Shown: positions 47,551 to 60,100 of the stretch, in pieces | Layout of the letters: each line of letters starts with the position of its first letter | Numbering within the stretch: the stretch's first letter is position 1 | NCBI RefSeq assembly: GCF_963921235.1 | Contig: NC_086107.1 | Coordinates: 116,252,001-116,316,000 of the forward strand | Length of the DNA: 64,000 nucleotides | Direction of reading: 5' to 3' | Origin: Mobula hypostoma | Lineage: Eukaryota | Program-made: the position numbers and the translations under genes | The notes under the pieces: generated by a model | Told to the model about the DNA's origin: nothing | Database searches by the model: none | Seen by the model: the letters and a program-made list of their open reading frames with translations, nothing else

Positions 47551-48796
47551 TAGAAACATAGAAACATAGAAAATAGGTGCAGGAGTAGGCCATTCGGCCC
47601 TTCGAGCCTGCACCGCCATTTATTATGATCATGGCTGATCATCCAACTCAGAACCCAGCCTTCCCTCCATACCCCCTGACCCCTGTAGCCACAAGGGCCA
47701 TATCTAACTTCCTTTTAAACATAGCTAATGAACTGGCCTCAACAGTTTGCTGTGGCAGAGAATTCCACAGATTCACCACTCTCTGTGTGAAGAAGTTTTT
47801 CCTAACCTCGGTCCTAAAAGGCTTCCCCTCTATCCTCAAACTGTGACCCCTCGTTCTAGACCTCCCCAACATCGGGAACAATCTTCCTGCATCTAGCCTG
47901 TCCAATCCCTTTAGGATCTTATACGTTTCAATCAGATCCCCCCTCAATCTTCTAAATTCCAACGAGTACAAGCCCAGTTCATCCAGTCTTTCTTCATATG
48001 AAAGACCTGCCATCCCAGGAATCAATCTGGTGAACCTTCTTTGTACTCCCTCTATGGCAAAGATGTCTTTCCTCAGATTAGGGGACCAAAACTGCACACA
48101 ATACTCCAGGTGTGGTCTCACCAAGGCCTTGTACAACTGCAGTAGTACCTCCCTGCTCCTGTACTCGAATCCTCTCGCTATAAATGCCAGCATACCGTTC
48201 GCCTTTTTCACCGCCTGCTGTACCTGCATGCCCACTTTCAATGACTGGTGTATAATGACACCCAGGTCTCGTTGCACCTCCCCTTTTCCTAATCGGCCAC
48301 CATTCAGATAATAATCTGTTTTCCTATTTTTGCCACCAAAGTGGATAACTTCACATTTATCCACATTAAATTGCATCTGCCATGAGTTTGCCCACTCACC
48401 CAACCTATCCAAGTCACCCTGCATCCTCTTAGCATCCTCCTCACTGCTAACACTGCCACCCAGCTTCGTGTCATCCGCAAACTTGGAGATGCTGCATTTA
48501 ATTCCCTCATCCAAGTCATTAATATATATTGTAAACAACTGGGGTCCCAGCACTGAGCCTTGCGGTACCCCACTAGTCACCGCCTGCCATTCTGAAAAGG
48601 TCCCGTTTATTCCCACTCTTTGCTTCCTGTCTGCTAACCAATTCTCCACCCACACCAATACCTTACCCCCAATACCGTGTGCTTTAAGTTTGCACACTAA
48701 TCTCCTATGTGGGACCTTGTCAAAAGCCTTTTGAAAATCCAAATATACCACATCCACTGGTTCTCCCCTATCCACTCTACTAGTTACATCCTCAAA
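47551..48796 (-). mobile_element. Young 5'-truncated CR1 (left arm of inverted pair)
   Basis: Uninterrupted 375-aa RT C-terminal ORF at 47648-48775; tagaaaca repeat tail at 47551. Confidence 0.93.
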
Positions 48797-48983
48797 TATG
48801 TATCATATTTAAAAAATGAAATTGAAGCAATAGTGATCAGCATGGACGCTTGATTTGGTTAATTGGAACTTTCTTTACAGAGTTTTACATAGATTTGGTC
48901 TACATGACACAATTATTAAAACTATACAGGCACTGTATGACAATCCTACTGCTAGGATTAAAATCAATGGATATTTATCTAAT

Positions 48984-50731
48984 GGCAGACCAATTGAATA
49001 ATTACTTTGGTTCTGTCTTCACTAAGGAGGACATAAATAATCTTCCAGAAATAGTAAGGGACAGAGGGTCCAGTGAGATGGAGGAACTGAGCGAAATACA
49101 TGTTAGTAGGGAAGTGGTGTTAGGTAAATTGAAGGGATTGAAGGCAGATAAATCCCCAGGGCCAGATGGTCTGCATCCCAGAGTGCTTAAGGAAGTGGCC
49201 CAAGAAATAGTGGATGCATTAGTGATAATTTTTCAAAACTCGTTAGATTCTGGACTAGTTCCTGAGGATTGGAGGGTGGCTAATGTAACCCCACTTTTTA
49301 AAAAAGGAGGGAGAGAGAAACCGGGGAATTATAGGCCGGTTAGCCTAACGTCGGTGGTGGGGAAACTGCTGGAGTCAGTTATCAAGGATGTGATAACAGC
49401 ACATTTGGAAAGCGGTGAAATGATCGGACAAAGTCAGCATGGATTTGTGAAAGGAAAATCATGTCTGACGAATCTCATAGAATTTTTTGAGGATGTAACT
49501 AGTAGAGTGGATAGGGGAGAACCAGTGGATGTGGTATATTTGGATTTTCAAAAGGCTTTTGACAAGGTCCCACACAGGAGATTAGTGTGCAAACTTAAAG
49601 CACACGGTATTGGGGGTATGGTATTGGTGTGGGTGGAGAATTGGTTAGCAGACAGGAAGCAAAGAGTGGGAATAAACGGGACCTTTTCAGAATGGCAGGC
49701 AGTGACTAGTGGGGTACCGCAAGGCTCAGTGCTGGGACCCCAGTTGTTTACAATATATATTAATGACTTGGATGAGGGAATTAAATGCAGCATCTCCAAG
49801 TTTGCGGATGACACGAAGCTGGGTGGCAGTGTTAGCAGTGAGGAGGATGCTAAGAGGATGCAGGGTGACTTGGATAGGTTGGGTGAGTGGGCAAACTCAT
49901 GGCAGATGCAATTTAATGTGGATAAATGTGAAGTTATCCACTTTGGTGGCAAAAATAGGAAAACAGATTATTATCTGAATGGTGGCCGATTAGGAAAAGG
50001 GGAGGTGCAACGAGACCTGGGTGTCATTATACACCAGTCATTGAAAGTGGGCATGCAGGTACAGCAGGCGGTGAAAAAGGCGAACGGTATGCTGGCATTT
50101 ATAGCGAGAGGATTCGAGTACAGGAGCAGGGAGGTACTACTGCAGTTGTACAAGGCCTTGGTGAGACCACACCTGGAGTATTGTGTGCAGTTTTGGTCCC
50201 CTAATCTGAGGAAAGACATCTTTGCCATAGAGGGAGTACAAAGAAGGTTCACCAGATTGATTCCTGGGATGGCAGGTCTTTCATATGAAGAAAGACTGGA
50301 TGAACTGGGCTTGTACTCGTTGGAATTTAGAAGATTGAGGGGGGATCTGATTGAAACGTATAAGATCCTAAAGGGATTGGACAGGCTAGATGCAGGAAGA
50401 TTGTTCCCGATGTTGGGGAGGTCTAGAACGAGGGGTCACAGTTTGAGGATAGAGGGGAAGCCTTTTAGGACCGAGGTTAGGAAAAACTTCTTCACACAGA
50501 GAGTGGTGAATCTGTGGAATTCTCTGCCACAGCAAACTGTTGAGGCCAGTTCATTAGCTATGTTTAAAAGGAAGTTAGATATGGCCCTTGTGGCTACAGG
50601 GGTCAGGGGGTATGGAGGGAAGGCTGGGTTCTGAGTTGGATGATCAGCCATGATCATAATAAATGGCGGTGCAGGCTCGAAGGGCCGAATGGCCTACTCC
50701 TGCACCTATTTTCTATGTTTCTATGTTTCTA
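48984..50731 (+). mobile_element. Young 5'-truncated CR1 (contains right arm of inverted pair)
   Basis: Uninterrupted RT ORF to 50634; tail ttctatgtttctatgtttcta; tctaat duplicated at 48978-48983 and 50728-50733. Confidence 0.93.
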
Positions 50732-52249
50732 ATAGTTTTACCCTAGAAAGGGGCACGAGACAGGGTTGTGCATGGTCACCGCTACTCTTCACATTATATC
50801 TGGAATCATTAGCTCAATACATCAGACAAAATGAAGGTATCAGGGGAATTACCATTAAGGGACAGAGCATTAATTGGCCTGTTACGTGGATGACATTTTG
50901 ATCTATCTAGAACAACCAACATACTCTTTACCTAAATTGATGCAATCCTTTGAACAATATGGCCAATTATCAGGATACAGGATCAACATAGATAAAACCC
51001 AACTACTTTCATATAACTATAGCCCACCAAGAGAAATTGAAAGTAGATATCCTTGGGCATGGCAAACAAGAGTCTGTCAAATATTTGGGCATCATTAATT
51101 ATTCTCACAAGTCAATGAATATGTTGTAAAACAAGATCACTCCCTACTCTGTATGTAGTTTTCTTCTTTCGATTGTTCTTTCTTTCCTCTCCTTTCTATA
51201 TGTGTATACTTCAGATAAATATTATGTGGAGATTTGTGACAAATATGATTATATGATATATATGTACAGTATCTGAAATACATCTTATGGAAAGTTTTGT
51301 TTGATGATGAACTTCAATAAAAAATAAATGACAAAAGAAAATGGCAAATGAAATACAAAATTGAAAAAAAATGTGCAACTATTTTCTAAAGGGGAGAAAA
51401 TGCAAAAGTCTGAGATGCAAATGGAATTGGGGAGTCCTTGTGCAGAACTTGCAGGCTGAGTCGGTGGTGAGGAAGGCAAATGCAATGTTGGCATTCATTT
51501 GAAGAGGTCTAGAATACAAGAGCAGGGATGTGATACTGAGTATTTATGAGACATTGGTGAGGCCTCACCTCGAGTATTGTGAACAGTTTTGGGCTCCTCA
51601 TCTTGGAAAAGATGTGCTGGTATTGGAGAGGGTCCAGCGGAGGTTCTCAAGGATGATTCCAGGAATTAAAAGGTTATCATACGAGGAACGTTTGATAGAT
51701 CTGGGTCTGTAACCGTTGGAATTCAGAAGGATGAGGGGGGATCTCATTGAAACCTTTCGAATGTTGAAAGGCCTGGACAGAGAAGAGGTGGAAAAGATGT
51801 TTCCCATGGTGGGGGAGTCTAGGACAAGAGGGCACAGCCTCAGGATAAAGGGGCGTCCATTTAAAACAGAGATGCGGAGAAGGTTCTTTAGCCAGAGGGG
51901 GCGAATTTGTGGAATTTCTTGCCATAGATAGCTGTGGGTGTATTTAAGGCAGAGATTGATGGGTTCTCGATTGGGCACGGCATCAATGGTTACGGGGAGT
52001 GGGGCTGAGGAGGGGTAGAGCGATCAGCCAGATGGTCTAATTCTGCTCCTGTGTCTATGGTTTTATTTATTTTTCCCTCTCAGCTCTATTCTCCCGCCTT
52101 AGTACAGCCACAATGTTTCACCGAACGAATTAATTTAGTAATCCACTGGCCACCTAATCTCCTCTGCCTACTCCATCTCTGCACCAGCCCCGTCTCTGCC
52201 CGCCCGGTGTCACAACGGTTCGCAGTTCCCCAGCGGCGGCCTGACTGGA

Positions 52250-52693
52250 CCTGACATGATTCCCCGGCGCTCGGCCGCTGCCCGGACCGATGAAGGCGAA
52301 CTCGCCCTGCGAACGACCCTCATCAGCCCGCCATCCGAACCGGTCCCGCCCCCGCCCCCGCCGTCTCCACCCAATTGGCCAGTCCCGCAGAGTGACGGCT
52401 TCCTCTCGCCGTCTATTGGCTCTTTCCGTCACTTTAACCCTATCCTACCATTGGTACGTTCATCCCGCTCACTCCAATTGGCTGAAGCTTCTGCATTCCG
52501 ATTGGTCTAATCGGCCATGACAGCCAAACGATAGATTCAATTGGACGCCCTACTTCCGCTGTCTCCAATGCGATTGGCTGCAGTTCGGGCCGTTCCCCGA
52601 TGGGCGGGAGCAGTTGCCCCGGTGATGGTGTCAGAGTTGACGGTTTTCCTTCTCTCCCCCTCGGGAGGTGCCGCATCGCAGACGAGAGAGATG
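52250..52693 (+). promoter_or_regulatory. CpG-island promoter of the third gene (GC boxes, CCAAT cluster, X-box-like motif)
   Basis: cccgcccccgcccccgcc at ~52345-52362; at least 8 CCAAT/ATTGG motifs at 52371-52577; GTTGCCCCGGTGAT at 52613-52626; followed by a G-rich tract like the first introns of the other genes. Confidence 0.75.
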
Positions 52694-53530
52694 GTGGGGA
52701 GAGGGTGGGGAGAGGGAGAGAGAGAGGGAGAGGGAGAGGGAGAGGGAGGGAGGGAGAGGGGGATGGGGAGGGGGATGGGGAGGGGGATGGGGAGGGGGAG
52801 GGGGATGGGGAGGGGGAGGGGGTGAGGGTGAGGGAGGGGAGAGGGTGAGGGTGAGGGTGAGGGTGAGGGAGGGGAGAGGGTGAGGGTGAGGGTGAGGGAG
52901 GGGAGAGGGTGAGGGAGGGGAGAGGGTGAGGGAGGGGAGAGGGTGGGGAGAGGGAGGGGAGAGGGAGAGGAGGGGGAGGAGGAGGGGGAGGAGGAGGGAG
53001 AGGGGGAGAGGGAGAGGAGGGGGAGAGTGAGAGGAGGGGGAGGGGAGAGGGTGAGGAGGGGGAGAGGGTGGGGAGGGGAGGGGGAGAGGGTGGGGAGGGG
53101 GAGGGGGAGGGGAGGGGGAGAGGGTGGGGAGGGGGAGAGGGAGAGGGTGGGGAGGGGGAGAGGGAGGGGGAGAGGGTGGGGAGGGAGGGAGAGGGTGGGG
53201 AGGGGGGAGAGGGAGGGGGAGAGGGTGAGGGGGGAGAGGGGGAGGGGGAGGGAGGGTGGGAGAGGGGGAGGGAGAGGGAGGGTGGGAGGGGGAGGGGAGA
53301 GGGTGGGGGGGAGGGGGAGGGGAGAGGGTGGGGGGAGGGAGAAGGAGAAGAGAGGGTGGAGAAGGAGGGGTGAGGGTGGGGAGGGAGAAGGAGGGGAGAG
53401 GGTGGGGAGGGAGAAGGAGGGAGAGGGTGGGGAGGGAAAAGGAGGGGAGAGGGCGGGGAGGGAGAAGGAGGGGAGAGGGTGGGGAGGGAGAATGAGGGGA
53501 GAGAGTGGGGAGGGGGAAGTGGGAGTAGGG
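52694..53530. repeat. G/A-rich low-complexity tract (ggggagagggt variants)
   Basis: Read directly; explains the long Pro-rich minus-strand ORF. Confidence 0.9.
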
Positions 53531-54113
53531 AATGAAGGGGGTAGTGAGGGAAAGGGAGTGGGGAGGGATTGTGTGGGCTAGTGGAGTAGAGGGAGAGGTG
53601 AGGAAGGGGAAAGGAATGCAGGGGAGAGGATGGGTGATCTGGAGGGGGATAGGGTGGTGGGGAGAGGGTGAGATTAGGTGTGATGGTGAGGGGCAGAGGA
53701 GGAGGTGGTGGGGGGGAAGGGGAAATGAGGGTAGTAGGGAGGAGGAAGGGGAGATTTGGTGTGATCGGGAAAGGAGGGATGATGGTGAGGGGTAAAGAAG
53801 GGGTGTTGGGGAGAGGAATGGGTAGTAGAGGAGGGCTGCTGGAGGAGTGGGAGGGGACTGTTGGGGGTAGTGGGATTTGGTGTGTTGGGGAGAGGGGGGA
53901 TGATGGTGGAGGGGGAGAGGAAGGGGGTAATTGTGGGCTGTTCAGGACAGAGGGAGGGGACAGTTGGTGGTGGGGAGTGGAGGGCTGGTGGTGGAGGGAA
54001 GACGCAGGAGACAGGCGCGAGAAGAAGAGGGAGATGTTACTGGTACCTGGGAACATTTCTCTCCCTCCCTGCCACAGAGACCCTGCCGATCGATGAAGGC
54101 CTGACCCCCTGTG

Positions 54114-57100
54114 ATGAGCAGGGCCACCCACCCTTCAATGGCGGTGAGGATTGTAACTCCCCTTCCCTCATTTCTTTCCTTCCTTCAGGCTAGGGTACCA
54201 TTGAAAAGCTTGTTGTGGACACTGTTCATACAGATCATATCGTTACACAGTGCATTCAGGTAGAACAAGGTCAAACAACAACAGAACATAGAATAAATTG
54301 TAACAGCTATAGAGAAACTACAGGCAAACAGTAAGATGCGACTGTCACAACGAGGTAGATTGGGAGATGAAGGGTACATCTTATCAAACTACAGAATCAT
54401 TTAGTCTTGTAGCCATCCTTGTGCCTAGTGGATGGATGTGCATAAGACATAGGGGCAGAATTTGGCCATTTGGTCCATTGAGTCTGCTCCACTATTTAAC
54501 CACGGCTGATCCATTTCCCTCTCAGCCCCAATCTCCTGCCTGCTCCCTGTATCCCTTCATGCCCTGACTAATCAATAATCTATCAACCTCTGCCTTAAAT
54601 ATACCCAAAGACCTGGCCTCCACAGCCGCCTGTGGCAACAAATTCCACAGATTCACCACTCTCTGGATAGAGAAATTCCTCCTCCTCTCCATTCTAAATG
54701 GGCATCTTTCTATTTTAAAGCTGTGTCCACTGGTTCTAGGCTCCCCCACCATTGGAAGCATCCTCTCCACATCCACTCTGTCTTTCAACATTTGATGGGT
54801 TTCAATCAGATTTCCCCCTAATTTTTCTGAATTCCAGTCAGTAGATGCCCAGAGCCATCATGTTCCTCATATGACATGCCTTTCAATCCCTGAATAATTG
54901 TCAGGAACCTCCTATGTCAACACATCCTTTCTTAGATAAGGGCCCAAAATTGCTCACAAACTCCAGAGAGGCCTCACTAGTTCTTTATAAAGCTTCAACA
55001 TTACATCCTTGCTTTTATATTCCAGTCCTCTTGAAATGAATGCTAACATTGCATTTGCCTTCCTCACCACCAACTCAACCTGCAAATGAACCTTTAGGGA
55101 ATCCTGCACAAGGTCTCCCAAGTCCATTTGCACCTCAGCTTCTTGAATTTACTCTCCATTTAGAAAATGGTCTACACTTTTATTTCTTCCGCCAAAGTGC
55201 ACGACCATTCACTTCCAGACACTGTATTCCATCTGCCACTCCTTTGCCTATTCTCCCAACCTGTAGCCTCTCTACTTCTGAGAAACTACCTGGCCCTCCA
55301 CCTGTCTTTGTATCGTACACAAACTCGGCCACAAAGCCATCAATTCTATCATCCAAATTATTGATATATAATGTAAAAGGAAGTGGACCCATCACACAGC
55401 CCTGTGGAACACCACTAATTAAAGTCAAAGTACCAGAAAGGCTTCCGTTCTTCACACATTCTGCCCCCTGCCAATCAGCCAATGCTCCATCCATAAGCAG
55501 CCTCATGCGTGGCCAGAAAATCCAACTACACAACATCCTTCGATTTTCCTTTGTCTGTCCTGCTGGTTTCAAGGGGAGTAGAATATGAGAGCAGGGAGGT
55601 AATGCTGAGGCTTTGTAAGACACTAGTCAAGAGTACCATAGAACCATAGAAACTACAGCACAGAAACAGGCCCTTTGGCCCTTCTTGGCTGTGCTGAACC
55701 ATTTTCTGCCTAGTCCCACTGACCTGCACACGGACCATATCCCTCCATACACCTCCCATCCATGTATCTGTCCAATTTATTCTTAAATGTTAAAAAAGAA
55801 CCCGCATTTACCACCTCGTCTGGCAGCTCATTCCATACTCCCACCACTCTCTGTGTGAAGAAGCCCCCCCCCAATGTTCTCTTTAAACTTTCCCCCCCTC
55901 ACCCTTAACCCATGTCCTCTGGTTTTTTTCTCCCCTAGCCTCAGCGGAAAAAGCCTGCTTGCATTCACTCTATCTATACCCATCATAATTTTATATACCT
56001 CTATCAAATCTCCCCTCATTCTTCTACACTCCAGGGAATAAAGTCCTAACCTATTCAACCTTTCTCTGTAACTGAGTTTCTCAAGTCCTGGCAACATACT
56101 TGTAAACCTTCTCTGCACTCTTTCAACCTTATTTATATCCTTCCTGCAATTTGGTGACCAAAACTGAACACAATACTCCAGATTCAGCCTCACCAATGCC
56201 TTATACAACCTCATCATAACATTCTAGCTCTTATACTCAATACTTCGATTAATAAAGACCAATGTACCAAAAGCTCTCTTTACGACCCTATCTACCTGTG
56301 ACGACACTTTTAGGGAATTTTGTATCTGTATTCCCAGATCCCTCTGTTCCACTGCACTCCTCAGTGCCTTACCATTAACCCTGTATGTTCTACCTTGGTT
56401 TGTCCTTCCAACGTGCAATACCTCACACTTGTCTGTAGTAAACTCCATCTGCCATTTTTCAGCCCATTTTTCCAGCTGGTCCAAGTCCCTCTGCAGGCTC
56501 TGAAAACCTTCCTCACTGTCTACTACACCTCCAATCTTTGTATCATCAGCAAACTTGCTGATCCAATTTACCACATTATTATCCAGATCATTGATATAGA
56601 TGACAAATAACATTGGACCCAGCACTGATCCCTATGGCACACCACTAGTCACAGGCCTCCACTCAGAGAAGCAATTCTCTACCACCACTCTCTGGCTTCT
56701 TCCATTGAGCCAATGTCTAATCCAATTTACCACCTCTCCATGTATACCTAGCGACTGAATTTTCCTAACTAACCTCCCATGCGGGACCTTGTCAAAGGCC
56801 TTACTGAAGTCCATGTAGACAATATCCACTGCCTTCCCTTCATCCACTTTCCTGGTAACCTCCTCGAAAAACTCCAACAGATTGGTCAGACATGACCTAC
56901 CACGCACAAAGCCATGTTGACTCTCCCTAATAAGCCCCTGTCTATCCAAATGCTTGTAGATTCTGTGTCTTAGTACTCCCTCCAATAACTTACCTACTAC
57001 TGACGTTAAACTCACCGGCCTATAATTTCCCGGATTACTTTTCGATCGTTTTTTAAACAACGGAACAACATGAGCCACTCTCCAATCCTCCGGCACTTCA

Positions 57101-60100
57101 CCCGTAGACTGCAACATTTTAAATATTTCTGCCATGGCCCCGGCAATTTCAACACTAGTCTCCTTCAAGGTCCGAGGGAACACTCTGTCAGGTCCCGGGG
57201 ATTTATCCACTTTAATTTTCCTCAAGACAGCAAGCACCTCCTCCTTTTCAATCTGTATTGGAGCATTGTCAACAGTTTCGGGGGCCATATATTAGAAAGG
57301 ATGTGTTGGCATTGGAAGGAGTCCAGAGGAGGTTTACGTGGATGATTCCAGGAAGTAAAGGATTAACATATGAGGAGCATTTGCACCGTTGCGCCTGTAC
57401 TCACTGAAATTTAGAGGAATGTGGGGGGTCTCATTGAAACCTACCGAATGTTGAAAAGACTTGGTCGGGTAGGTGTGGAGAGGATGTACCCTGTGGTGGG
57501 GCTATCCAGAACTAGAGGGCACAGCCTCAAAATTGAGGGGTGACCTTTTAGAACAGAAGTAAGGATGAATTATTTTCTCCAGAGGGTAGTGAATTTGTGG
57601 AATGCTCTGCCACAGACTGCAGTGGAGGCCAAGCTGTGGGTATAGTTAAAGGATGGTCAGGATATGGCAAGAAGACAGGTGTATGGGGTTGAGTGGGATC
57701 TGGGATCAGCCATGATGGAATGGCAGAGCATACTCGATGGGCTGAATGGCCTCACTGTGCTCCTATGTCTTAAGGTCTTCTTCTTTCTTCAAAGAATTCC
57801 AACAGATTTAGGAGGCAAATTTTCCCCTTAAGGAAACCATGCTGACCGGCCTATTTTTTCATCTGCCTCCAAGTACCCCAAAACCACATCCTTGGTTATA
57901 AAGGGATCTGGTCCAGTCACCCCAGGTTAATGATGGTATGGACTGGTTCCTGAGTAGGTCATGGATTGGGCAGGTTATTGTTGGTGTGGATTGGTTAACC
58001 TGCCTGCCTTGTTTAATGGGGCCCCTGTTCTCTCTGCCCGCAGCCCCTGACGATGAGAAGCCCAGTGCTGGTGACCGTTGCCCCCCCACAACTGCTGATT
58101 CCCCTCCCCGCCATCATTATTCTGGTGGTCGGCGTCTACCTGGTGCTGGTAGTGATGGCAGTCATCGTTCGTCAGTGGCTGCTGGTGAGGGGGAGAGGAG
58201 GGGGGAACGAGGGATGGTTTGGAATCGTTCGTCAGTGGCTGCTGGTGAGGGGGAGAGGAGGGGGGAACGAGGGATGGTTTGGAATCGTTCGTCAGTGGCT
58301 GCTGGTGAGGGGGGAACGAGGGATGGTTTGGAATCGTTCGTCAGTGGCTGCTGGTGAGGGGGGAACGAGGGATGGTTTGGAATTGTTTGTCAGTGGCTGC
58401 TGGTGAGGGGGGAACGAGGGATGGTTTGGAATCGTTCGTCAGTGGCTGCTGGTGAGGGGGGAACGAGGGATGGTTTGGAACCATTCGTCAGTGGCTGCTG
58501 GTGAGGGGGAGAGGAGGGGGGAACGAGAGACGGTTTGGAATCGTTCATCAGTGGCTGCTGGTGAGGGGGGAACGAGGGATGGTTTGGAGAGGGCTGAGGG
58601 TTGAGGGAGAGGGAAGAGTGGTGGCCAAGGGAGAGGGAAGAGGGATATTGCGGGGAGGTGGTGGAGAGGAGGAGGGAGTACAAGGAGGAGCAGGGTAGGG
58701 AGGGAGAGGAGGAGGGGGGCATGAGAATGGGTTAGGGGAGGGAAGTTGGGAAGAGCAGAAAAGGAGGATGGGAGGAGGGAAGGGAGAGGTGCTGGATGGG
58801 TGGAGCAGGGCAATGAGGGAGAGGGAAGAGAAGAAAGGGAGAGAATTGAGGGGTGGTGGGATAGGAGGGGGGAGGGTTGGAGGTGGGAGAGGAGGGGTGG
58901 TGGGGTGGTGGGATAGGAGGGGTGGAGATGGGTTAGGAATAATTGAGGGGTTGGGGTGGGGGTTTATAAGGTACCTGGTGCCATATTGACACTTCCTCCT
59001 CTCTGTAGGCACAAGGGGTGTGTGGAGAGAGCAACTGTGGGGGTCTGGGTGAGGACAGTCCGTGTGGCCAGTGTCTGCTGACTCTGGCCCAGAGTTGTGA
59101 CTGTCGCCTGCCCACCCTCACCAAGTGTATGGACCATTGCTGTCCTCGCTCGCTGGTGAGTGTCCATTACATCCTTCCCCAGTTCCTGTCTCCCATCTCC
59201 CACCGTCTGCCCCTTTCTCCCCATGTCATGTCTCACCCCACTAACATGAGAACATAAGAAATAGGAGCAGGAGTCGGCCATCTGGCCCGTCGAGCCTGCT
59301 CCGCCATTCAATAAGATTGTGGCTGATCTGACCACGGACTCATCTCCACCTGCCTGCCTTTTCCACATAACCCTTAATTCCCCCCCTACTATGCAAAAAT
59401 GTTAAATATATTTACTGAGGTAGCCTCCACTGCTTCATTGGGCAGAGAATTCCACAGACTCACCACCCTCTGGGAAAAGCAGTTCCTTCCCGTCTCCATT
59501 ATAAATCTACTCCCCTGAATCTTGAGCCTTTCATAATTTCATTATTCTATAAGATCTCCTCTTAGTCTTCTGAATTCCAGAGAGTACAGTCCCAGGCGAC
59601 TCAATCTCTCCTCATAGTCTAACCCCTTCATCTCTGCAATCAATCTGCACCACCTCCAAACCCAGTATATCCTTCCTCAAGTAAGGAGACCAGAACTGCA
59701 CGCAGTACTCCAGGTGCGGAATCTTGTACAGTTGTAGCATAACCTCCCTGCTCTTAAATTCAACCCCTCTCGCAATGAAGGCCAACATTCCATTTGCCTT
59801 CTCGATAGCCTCCTGCACTTGCAAACCAACCTTTTGTGATTCATGCACAAGCACTCCTAGTCCCTCTGCATAGCAGCATGCTGCAATCTTTTACCATTTA
59901 AATAATAATCTGCTCTTTCATTTTTTCCTTCCAAAGTGGATGACCTCACATTTACCAACGTTGTACTCCGTCTGCCAGACCCTTGCCCACTCACTTATCT
60001 ATTATCTCTCTGCTGACTCTCTGTATCTTCTGCACAATTTGCTTTTCCAAATTTAGTATCATCAGCAAACTTAGATAAACTACACTCGGCCCCCCTTCCA

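Larger units (their letters stand above)
44645..51334 (+). mobile_element. L1-clade LINE (internally deleted), interrupted by three insertions
   Basis: Perfect 17-bp TSD aagaaaatggcaaatga at 44628-44644 and 51335-51351. Coiled-coil ORF1 remnant; ORF2 remnants [63 protein letters not shown] and A-rich tail at ~51316-51334. Confidence 0.9.
42912..52065 (+). mobile_element. Old CR1 ORF2 split by the L1 insertion (pieces 42912-44644 and 51335-52065)
   Basis: EFFEEIT..DKVPH..KFADD on the left; KWQMKY...RPHLEYCEQFW...FFSQR and the 3' UTR on the right. Confidence 0.8.

Noticed and set aside
48850..50634. 594-aa RT ORF as an autonomous element or host gene
   Set aside because: It is a 5'-truncated CR1 lacking the endonuclease; the first ~45 residues are off-frame L1 sequence.
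47551..50731. Large DNA transposon with long TIRs, or a twin-priming product
   Set aside because: The arms are CR1 sequence, each with its own 3' tail and junction, separated by colinear L1 sequence.
52440..54131. 563-aa Pro/Ser-rich minus-strand ORF
   Set aside because: It is the complement of a G/A low-complexity tract, with no domain or splice evidence.
57938..58357. Alternative frame ([12 protein letters not shown]...) as the true frame of exon 58044
   Set aside because: It ends in phase 1 and would not join the Cys-rich phase-0 exons; the TM frame joins them cleanly.
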